Assembly: GCF_000150275.1 (NCBI RefSeq)
Contig: NW_002060950.1
Coordinates: 68,679 to 132,678, forward strand
DNA from: Trichoplax adhaerens
Lineage: Eukaryota > Animalia > Placozoa
DNA: 64,000 nucleotides
Direction of reading: 5' to 3'
Part shown: positions 54,301-64,000 of the stretch, piece after piece
Layout of the letters: each line of letters starts with the position of its first letter
Position numbering within the stretch: the first letter of the stretch is position 1
Notes under the pieces: generated by a model
What the model was told of the DNA's origin: nothing
Database searches by the model: none
Seen by the model: the letters and a program-made list of their open reading frames with translations, nothing else
Position numbers and translations under genes: made by a program

Positions 54301-56941
54301 CCTGTGATTTTTACGGCTTCATCACTTGATAAACCATTCATCAAGACCTTTATTTCATTTTATTGCAATGTAATACCAGGTTTAGGAGGCGTCCATCTTG
54401 GCGAACTTGTCGGGCCGGCAATTGGAAGTTATCTAAAAGGACAAAATGTCAATGTTAACGTCTATGTTAATCGCGGCTCAGCTAAACTGGCAGCTGTTAA
54501 TGTCCTTATTAAATTCGATCCCAATAATATAAAAGCAATCAGTTTTACTCCTAGTCATGACAATGATATTATTTTCGCTTTATACAATACCACTATAAAG
54601 GTTGGAGGTCTAATCAATGCTGCTGACAATACTTATGGGATAATGTACAGGATTGGATTTATTTCAGCGATAATAATGAAGCCAGGTTATCCAAACATTA
54701 CTGGGCGTCCTTTGGAGATTATCGACAATTCTCTTCAATATTTAAACAGTAACATTGAGGTAAAGAAATGTGTTAAGCCCGCAATGGGAGACAGTAACGG
54801 AGATTGCAGTTTTAATATTATGGATGCAGCATATATAAAGATCGAATCCTCGAAAGCCTTGCAGCCTCTAAATGTATCACTGGACTATGACCATAATCAA
54901 GTTGTCGATTATGCTGATGCCTTATTTTTAGTTAAAGTATTTTATAATTTAGCGAGATTTATCAAAAGCGTGTCTGTTAATATCCCACACAATAAAACTG
55001 ACTGCAAGTTGAAGATCGTCTTGCAATTAATGAAAGGCTACGGAGAAGTTACCAGTGACAAGCCTGATCTGTATGTTGCATTCACTTATGGTAATAATTC
55101 TATCGCACACTTTATGTCCACTTCTCGATTTGAAGTCGGTCAAATGATGCGTGAAGGCACCGTTACAGGCAATACTATTAATGGGGTAATTGTGAAAGCC
55201 GAAAGTGATAACGCTAGAAATTACCACATATCTGCTACAACAAGCCATGCAATAGGTAAAGTTGGAATATCGATATTCCAAGTACTGAGAGATTCAAGAA
55301 ACTCGGTGGGAAATATTGCAATCTCGTCAAGCGTTGGAACGAAACAACCCTATTTATACACTGAAACTGTTAAAATACAGCTCGCTAGTAATCTTAGTGT
55401 CGTTTATAAAAATGGATTTTCTCCAATGCAAATCTATAATATAAACACTTCGACCTATCTATGTTACTATCCTATTACCACGAAACAGGTGATATGGAAA
55501 TTTGAGAACGATTATGATCGAGTTGTAAAGCATAGAGAAGCGCAATTTTACACCTTTATACGCAGTATCATAAGTTCTAGATACCAAAGTATAAGCTGCA
55601 CGGGCTTTAAAATTAGCAAAGGTAGCATTTTAGTCCAGTTTAATGCTACCGCACCGTTTGATCAATTGAATCGGTCGTTGGTAATAATGTACACAGAAAT
55701 CCAAGCTGGAATTTCTATATCATATCATGGACATGTGCTAAAAACAGTAAAGGAAATGTTGGTTAATGGTCAACAATACTTTGGCACAGGAGAACGTCCT
55801 GGATTAAAAGGTGGTGAAGCTGCCGGCATGATTATTGGAATCAGTTTAGGAATTATAATCACGATAATTTTGGTTTATGGTGGCTATAAATATAAAACTC
55901 AATTGTCTAACAATGCAAGAGTTTCTTCAGTAGAGCTGCCTAATGACACAAAAATAGCCAAGTCCAAGGTTTCATATGAAGGTTCCTTCGATAATTACAA
56001 CTGTAGCAAGAGTGATATAAAATCTAAATGCCAAAGCGAACAACATTCTACTGAAATTACTGTGGAATCAACCATAAATAAAGTGCTTTTACCAGATATT
56101 GGAGATTCTCTGGCTTCACCGTCAAAGAATGAGGAATTTACTCCTTCAATACGTTTAGAAAATGGCTTACAAAAGTCACCATCTGTCAGTTCAAATATGG
56201 GAAATAAATTGTTGGTTGATAACTCTCGTAGTCGTGGAATGTCCATAATTTCGTTACCTCCAAACTATGTAAATGAAACTGATGCTATGGGTAAGTGCGA
56301 TAGACTAGATATTATGTATTTGCAATCATATTTTACATTCTAGATAAGTAAGGAAAAGATTGTGAGTTACCAGCAATATACCCAATAATTGTTTACCAAA
56401 CTATTCTGCAGATGGAGCAATAAAAATGTCAGTCAAGATTAAAAAATGCAGTGGATCATTTGGAAACATTGGCGTTATAAGTGTTTTACCGACGGAATAT
56501 ACCTTAGCAAATATTCGTGCGGTTATCCTTAAAGTCCTTGGTGAACAATTGATTGGTAAAGAATTCATCTTCATTTCTGAAAAGCTTGATGAAATTCACC
56601 CAGCAAATGAACGGAAAGCTATTGCAAGGGATATTTTCCATGAGGATACAATTCTCATCAAACAACTTAAACTGCTGTGTAAGTATATCATTTTAGCATT
56701 TCAGTAAATAACGTATATATAAATGAAAATAATTATGTTACCAATGTACGTAAATGCGTTATCTTCTGTCCCGATTTTGAAATATCAAACAGCTGACAAT
56801 CGTTCAGAGACTTGTACTTGCGGAAACCAAGCGAAATTCGAATGTTGCAGACAGCAATCATACTGTAGTATCAGATGTCAGAAGTTGGATTGGCCGTTCC
56901 ACCGAGCCAACTGTAGAAAGCCTGCTTTGGATAAGATTTAA
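33312..56941 (+). CDS. Giant (~6,000 aa) fibrocystin-L/PKHD1L1-like single-pass receptor with added cadherin, cohesin/dockerin-like, SEA-like and intracellular MYND modules
   Basis: Signal peptide MALPQLILCIALLSCSHG (exon 33312-33363). About 19 small 5' exons carry IPT/TIG repeats (P..GS..GGT.VTI.G.GF) and PA14 (LSGYFVAP..YSFLIKSDD). Exon 42410-56290 carries more TIGs, two G8 domains (WSSKYTWGG; WSEKGSW), beta-helix repeats (GQAFRLGRYPIHYH), CVDMDCDG, cadherin repeats (LDRE, DVNDN) and a TM helix (~55819-55887). Exons 56412-56678 and 56793-56941 join in phase. Confidence 0.9.
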
Positions 56942-59689
56942 TTAACGATAAAATAACAGGAAGCATTCCTTAGTATATTCTTCTAGCATTATCTAAGACT
57001 AATATAAACTCGCGTTAGCATATTTATTGGCGGCTTTTATCATTTACGGCATCGTAGACTTCGCTTTAATCGAATAAGTTATGGTCAATGCCGGCATATT
57101 TTGTACTGTAGCTCTCATACAGTAGCAATAATCACAGATATTACGTATAGAATTATATAATTACTAGCATCAAGATAACTACTCGTAAAAATATGCTCAT
57201 GATTACAATCCAGCCTGATGCGAGACTTCGGTAATGTTACAACCTAAGTTGTTGCTTACAATTTAATTGTCTCTTCGTATTCACTTTTAATATTACAATA
57301 CCATAAATCTCTTAATTTCAATCAGCACAAACGACCTTAGTAACTAAACGCATAAATTTATCAAGTCCTAAGTTGTAAGTCTTGATACTCGTCTTGTATT
57401 CATCCTATGTTCGAAATTTTATTATATTTATTGTAGTTATGTTTCTATACCGTTATTTCATTTTTATCTGCATTTAATAATAGCACTAAATTGAGGGTCA
57501 AACTTAACCCGACATGATTTGACTTTTAGTTATATGAACAAATTTAATCTCAATCTGTGCCTATTAAATGTCGCCTGAACTACTAGGCCCGAACGTACAA
57601 TTAATTAGTGCTGCTAAATATTGTCCTTTATGTTATCCACTTTACAACTATTTATTGACACTAATAAACAATCACATCAAATTTATATTGTATAATATAG
57701 CGAACCTTAACTAACACCTTAGATGATGTTACCGAAACGAGTCCTTCATTGAACCTAATCCTAACTATAAATAGTTCTCGGTTTACGAGTCCGCAAGTTA
57801 ACGTCTAATGAAGCAATATTTGTACGGGAAAGTATGGTAATATTGCGCAGTACATGTGATTAAATAACTTCCTAATTGTAACTTTAACATGCGTGGCATC
57901 TGAAATCGCCGCAATGTAAACGAATATCCCTGATTACATAGTTCATATTTTAAACAATCTACAATATTGCCAACCCTTAAGTTAAGATAGATCACTATCA
58001 CTCAGCTATATAACTTATTTGGTGACCAATAACATTCTTAAAATGCCTCTCCCGATGTATAATAATGTAATATTATTGTATAGACGTCACTAGTAAACTC
58101 AGTCATTGGTAAGAAGTCAAATATCGTGTTTTTTAAATGTCGTACAATATTCTAAGAACAGAGCTGCGTTCTTTTCCGTAAATTATAAAACGAAACTGCA
58201 GCTCTTACAGAATTGAAAAAACCAATGACTACATTCCTTGTTCCGTACTTTCCGTGTTAATAACCTGAATTAATGTATGAACAACTACTAGCTCTTCTCT
58301 ATCTGGAAATTCTACTGTGAATTACGTTACTGAAGTAATTTTTTACATTTATAATGGGCGGGTGTAGACGAAAATCAAAATCATTTTGTATCTGTTATAA
58401 AACCAGCTAATTGAAACCAATTCCAAAGGATAGCATGATAAATCGTACGGTTTATATGAAATTTATGAAGTACGTGTCTCATGTAGAATTAACAAGCCAT
58501 ATTACTTTAACAAGAATGAGAGTTACAGAAATGCTTCAGCTATCTCAATTCTATCCCAAATTTCAGAATATCCCGAAGAAAAGCATGCAATCATTCTATG
58601 GTTCGGTCAATAATTATGCTACTTGCCATTCCGATGGAAGTATCTATAAATTTAGTCACTGTAAATATGCCACGATTAGAATCGATGATAGCTAAACATT
58701 ATTCCGCTACAGTCAATTAATTACTGGTAGAACCTCCCACTTGTGGTACTTCGCGCACTTGCACTGTTAATTTACTTATAACTAGTTAATATTTAATCTG
58801 AAGTGAAAGTAATACTAAACCTGTATGTTGTATGTACTTTTAGTTATCTTGCTCAATGTGATATAGTGCACTCTGCGTAAGTGGTTAACAGTTTCTGACA
58901 CACTAATTTAATAGTTCATTCAACCCAGTAGCTATTATATCCAATATACAAAATGCGTCTTCACAAAGCGTGTTGATTCTTTAAATATCCAGTATTCCTA
59001 TGTATACATTCATATTTCTATTAAGTTTGCCTGGATTATTGCAAGCGAGTGCGAGATCATTCGAAAAGCAAAATTATTTGTATTTATCTGATAGGATATT
59101 ATTGATACAACGTAAAAGCAAATTAATCTAATCAATTCCATTCTTAAGATACATTAAGTCGTAGATTGATAACGTAATCAGGCACAAATTTTCGATACAG
59201 GTTCTCTATAGTGATAGAAAATGTAAAGTAAAATGTTTACTAGTTAAATTTTGTTCACGAAAGTTCTTGCGCATGGATATCACTAAACAAGAACAAGATT
59301 ATGAAACATAACACAAAGGCTCAATGCTAGAGAATCATTGAATGGATCATATAATAAATCAGATGATAAACGATGCATATCACCTTTATACAATTGATGT
59401 GTAGACATCTACAAATAAAATCAAATGCTTCATCTCATTTTACACAAATACAGCATTATAGAAGCATTATGAAATGAGTTGATATAAAAATAATTATGTT
59501 CAATAATATAATTTACAATTTTAATAAGCAATTTCACCATCACTTGCTAAATGTAAGGTTTGATTTGATCATATCACCTCTGATCCACCATTTAATGAGT
59601 AACAAATGAATTATTAATTTTCTAAAGTACCGTATCTTAAGACTTTAGGCATGATTGTATGGTACATTCCCTTATTTCTACATTACCCC

Positions 59690-60364
59690 TTAACAACAGC
59701 TACTATCAATTGCTACAGCGCTCGAAGAATTATTTGATAAATCCTTTCTATCTACACTAACTGATGCAGCATTACTGAAATTTTCACCAGGTTTAATACC
59801 ATCCCAGCCACTTTTAGGAGATAGCAGGCCTTTTTGAATAAGTTTATAAATATCACGAGCCAAAGTTGAAAATGCTTGATCGACATTGTGTTTGATCTTG
59901 GCGGATGCCTCTAAAAATTGCATTTCATTAACTTGGGCAAATTTTTTCCCCTCTTCTACAGATACTTGGCGCTCTTTTTCCAGGTCACATTTACACCCAA
60001 TCAATATAAAAATCAGTCCATGTGGCTCGGAGAAGCATTTGGCTTCTTCCAACCACGAATGCAAATGATCAAAAGTATCCCTGTTACTAATGTCGTAAAC
60101 CAATAAACAACCTACTGAGTTACGATAGTACGATCTAGTAATGGAACGAAATCTTTCTTGACCAGCAGTATCCCACAACTGTAACTTTATGTTTATATTA
60201 TTTCCGATATTAACAATCCGTGCGTTAAAATCGACACCAACAGTTGGATCACAAAAATCGAAAAATTTTCCATCGCTAAATTGCCTTAATAACGATGATT
60301 TGCCAACAGTACTATCACCGATTAAAATAAATCGGAGCTGATAAGCGTAACCATAGTTTTCCAT
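59690..60364 (-). CDS. RAB39: Ras-related protein Rab-39, intronless CDS
   Basis: MENYGYAYQLRFILIGDSTVGKSSLL, DPTVGVDF, IKLQLWDTAGQERFRSITRSYYRNSVG, GWDGIK and a C-terminal CC prenylation motif are Rab39-type signatures. First ATG is at 60364. Confidence 0.93.
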   Translation of the reverse strand: MENYGYAYQLRFILIGDSTVGKSSLLRQFSDGKFFDFCDPTVGVDFNARIVNIGNNINIKLQLWDTAGQERFRSITRSYYRNSVGCLLVYDISNRDTFDHLHSWLEEAKCFSEPHGLIFILIGCKCDLEKERQVSVEEGKKFAQVNEMQFLEASAKIKHNVDQAFSTLARDIYKLIQKGLLSPKSGWDGIKPGENFSNAASVSVDRKDLSNNSSSAVAIDSSCC

Positions 60365-60780
60365 GAACTCTACTGGCTGAATCTTTTCTACGTCCAAAGA
60401 GAGATACAAAATTTTTAGTATTGTAAAGTATTACAATAGTGAAGAATGAATAACTAAAAATCTTTCCGGGTAATAACATTACCACAACTGATAATATAGA
60501 ATCAATTGCACAATTTTATTTATTGTTCAATGCTAATGTATGACAACACTTCTGTACATACGGTATAGTGAAGTCCTGTATTCATGTAAGAAGATTACGA
60601 ATACAGAATACAACGCTTTCACGTAAGTCAAAAAATCATTCATGAAAGGTTCAAATACCTGTCTTTTACTCCTAGTGCTTTACGATAACGATAAAAGTGC
60701 AAGATGTCTTTCCTGTTAGTTGATAATCCTTTTCCACAAGCTTGAATCTTGATGATATTTCTTGCCTTGCGCTATGTAAT

Positions 60781-61355
60781 ATACAGTACTGTACATACAG
60801 TAAACAGTACCTCGAGGACAGTACAGTGTACAGTACAGTACTGCGCGGTACAGTACATACTGTACTGTACAGTACAGTAACTGTTGTGAACTGTACTGTA
60901 CACTGTACAGTACACTACTGATTCTACGGAACCTGCAGAGTGCAGACTACTGCAGAGTGAAGATAAACGCACTCTATGCAGTGTGTACGGTGTACTGTAC
61001 AGTACTGCTGTAGGCGTAGACCAATATACTGTACAGTACAGTACTGTACAGTGTGTATCAAAGTATTTTGTCACTTTGAAAAGCATCAACCAGTGATTTT
61101 AATAAGCAAATACTGATTAAGAGTTGTTATATTCCATAGCATTCGAGTTACATTCTAACTTGACATCTAAATTTTTCCTTTACATAGTCTTGTTTAATCA
61201 TAAAATCAAATTAAACGCGAAATTTTCTACAGTACCAAGTAAAGACACTCGAGATGTTTTGTGCCAACACTCGCTTTGCTGATAGCGTAGGGTACTACTG
61301 TACAGTGTACAGTACAGTATGATTCACGATACTCGTAGAACAGTACAGTACAGTC
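60781..61355. repeat. TACAG/CTGTA arrays upstream of Rab39 (main block 60781-61052, smaller block ~61295-61355)
   Basis: Repeated TACAGTACTGTA, ACTGTACAGT and (TACAG)n units 0.4-1 kb upstream of the Rab39 ATG. Confidence 0.8.
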
Positions 61356-62236
61356 AGCAAAATGGGCGCTGTGTTTTACATCGTCTAGAGAAGTGCGGTA
61401 TAATTATAGTGCGATGGTGGGAATTATTCCGTCACTTTTTATGAGTTTTTAGCGGCGATTTGTCCGCGACTGTTGTCACAGGAAGCTGAATTGATTAATA
61501 GCGTAAATAGAAATAGAAAATCGATATCGATAATCTATTCTGCAAAGCACACGAAAAGAAAAGAGATAGATACATTTACTTGTACTTTACTTATGGACCT
61601 TGCAGTCAGTAGTATGCAAATTAGCGTTAATCTATGTACTGTACTGAGTAACGAATCAATATTATTATAAGACACATACAATACCAGTCAGATCCTTCAA
61701 AAAGTTATACAAGTAATAGCGAAATTGCCACGGCGCACGAATAGAGCATAAAGTTTATTGGCCTTAGCAAGTAATGCTATTTATTGTCTACGTGCACGGA
61801 TGTCAGTATGCGATACAGACTTAGTACACAACGTTGTGGAATGGAAATTATTGCGGTTGTTGTACTGTATATTACTATCTAGGGTTAATACTAACAACCT
61901 GTAGCGCCGCGTAAATTAAATTTTAACTTAAGATTCCTTCAGTATGGACTAGCTGAGTAATACTCTAGTTATAAGTCCTAAGTACTAAAGAAAGTAATAG
62001 TAATTTGTATGAAGATTTTACAGTCCTAAGTATCAGGATAATTATCCGGCTTATCTTAGCCAGGTGTCGTTTTTGAGTTTGACTAATTTTCAAGTAAGGA
62101 ATTACTATATATAAATGCCTGACACTCCGGGCAATCTACGTAAAACCCCCTGTTTTACAATCTGGACAATGTACAGTACAGTATATGAAAAAACTTCTAC
62201 TATACAGTATACAGTAGAATGCCCGGACCCTTACAT

Positions 62237-62264
62237 GGACCGTAACTTCGGGTTTTGGCCGTAA
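62237..62264 (+). repeat. Dispersed motif CGTAACTTCGGGTTWTGRCCGTAA, copy 2
   Basis: Matches the inverted copy at 19955-19982. Its 3' part TGGCCGTAAC.TATATA also recurs near 31790-31807. Confidence 0.55.
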
Positions 62265-64000
62265 CCTATATATACAGTATATATGCAGTATTTTACGTAT
62301 TAAAAAGTGTTACAAAGAGGATAATGCCAGTTAGTTAGCAATCTGATAGGCGAAGGCGAAGTGAGCATCGTCGAAATGCTCGATCGTTGCGTACATTAAA
62401 TCAATCTGAAAGTAATGCAAGAAGTTCTGACGTACACGATACTCAAGGAGATCAGAACCAGTTCGTAGACAGTCGTATTGAAGGCTCATACTACTCTCAA
62501 TAAGCTTGGGAAACAAGAGATTGTACACGTAGTTGAAGTTATTGTAAAATTAACTACTAAATCCTATTCTTTCTCTTTCTTGAATTGCAAAGCGACGGCT
62601 TATATACTAACGCCGTTCACACTTACAACGCATTATAATTACAAGTTTGTATAACATTGAATTCGCTAGTGTACGCAGTACAATCCACCATTAACACGAA
62701 GAATTAACAAGTGTACGTTAACACTTGTAGAATACCATAAATATTCAATCGCAAGTATTATTATGTAACCTGTGATAATAACAAGTTGTAACGTACTACT
62801 AACTCTAGGTATTATTGAGTTAGCGCAAATACGCAAAAGCAATCTTAACTGTACAGTGTTATTACTGACTGACTCTGTACAGTATATAGTATTGCATCGT
62901 ACAGTCTAATAAATATAGCGTCGTATATAATAACGATCTGTAAGTTCTGTACACTCAGTAGACTCGGTACAGGACTATAAAATGGCAGGATCATGGATTA
63001 CTAAAATTACAGACATAGCACTGTACGAGTACTTTTTGCAACAGAAAGATTCGCGTCTGATTGCCAATTTTGTCAAATCCTTTTAACTGGTTCGTGTTGC
63101 CGAGAAATTGGTTACACTTTAGGGTTTTTACGTGTAGTATTAATGTAGTACACGGATGTCCAACGGTAGATGATAGATATATCATTGATCATTACTTTGC
63201 TTACCGTGCAAGTGTATACATTCACATAACACTGATAATTATATTTATATATATCCCATATATGCGTATATATAATAATGCGGATGCGCTTTGCTGCCGG
63301 TTTGTGTGATTTTGCATGGCATTTTATTCATTAATTAAGCAGACATTACAACGAAATAAATAGCAGTAGGAAGATTAAGACTGCAATGTAGTATCTACAC
63401 CACTGATACGTATCATAGTCACGCTAACAATTTTTCTGTTGTAATACGTACTGCTGGCCAATCTCTGTCAGTGAACTACAGATTTTTACTGTTACACCTA
63501 GTATACCTAACTTACGACAGATCAATTAAGCAATTAAAACGAAGCAAGGACCCATTGATGGATATGTCGGATCTTTATTCCTGTGCGAACTATCGTAGAT
63601 ATTATAAATCATACCCCTTAACCATTAAAGTTAAATATTACAAGGAGTCTGAATATATCGAGATAAAATAACAATTTTAAGTATTGAGAGAATCCTTTTA
63701 ATTTTGAAGCATTAGGCAAAATAACCATTACCTGAATTAAATGTTTAATAAACAGATTTAATAGCATAAATACCATATCTCTTGAAGAAGCTCCACAGTT
63801 AAAGTCAGAATAACGCTTATTGTATCTTAATTTAAGTTTACCGGTCATTCAGCATAACTGTGAGCCAAGTATTTTGGGCAAGATTGAAAATGGCAGTTAC
63901 AATACAGAAAGAAATCAAATATCTCTACGAAGCATTAGTAGTAATTAATAATTTCAATGACATAATTCTCTGAAAGCAATTTTTGTAAATATAAGTATTG

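Noticed and set aside
42824-56246. Short antisense or alternate-frame ORFs inside the giant exon
   Set aside because: Expected shadows of a long coding frame; no motifs.
42460-56343. The 4,627-aa ORF as a stand-alone bacterial-type or contaminant gene
   Set aside because: It starts mid-TIG domain after a splice acceptor and joins intron-containing exons on both sides.
57798-58695. ORFs 57798-58001 and 58411-58695
   Set aside because: Non-ATG starts in the track, no recognisable motifs or splice context; treated as chance ORFs.
60365-60409. N-terminal extension of Rab39 from a TTG start
   Set aside because: ATG 60364 matches the usual Rab39 N-terminus; the extension has no support.

Overview
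AT-rich, gene-dense, intron-containing eukaryotic DNA from an early-branching animal. The compact genes and pervasive TACAG/CTGTA pentamer runs are consistent with a placozoan such as Trichoplax (inference, not verified). Genes read by manual splicing and translation: the 5' end of eIF3a (-), PACRGL (+), a single-ORF selenoprotein U/PRXL2A with an in-frame UGA (UxxC) and a type II SECIS (-), WDR91 with a U12-type AT-AC intron (+), a divergent SLC35F transporter (-), NHLRC2 (+), a ~6,000-aa fibrocystin-L-like receptor (+) and Rab39 (-). The receptor is the most unusual feature. A full PKHD1L1-type ectodomain continues past an RRKR furin site into four ~120-aa repeats, three cadherin repeats, a cohesin-like plus dockerin-like pair, a SEA-like module, a TM helix and, via predicted splicing, a ubiquitin-like segment and a MYND zinc finger. 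About 77% of it sits in one 13.9-kb exon. Non-genic features include a decayed Merlin/IS1595-type transposase, CAGGGACTACT-ended MITEs, and TACAG arrays that mark the head-to-head promoters. All homology calls come from recalled family motifs; no searches were run.
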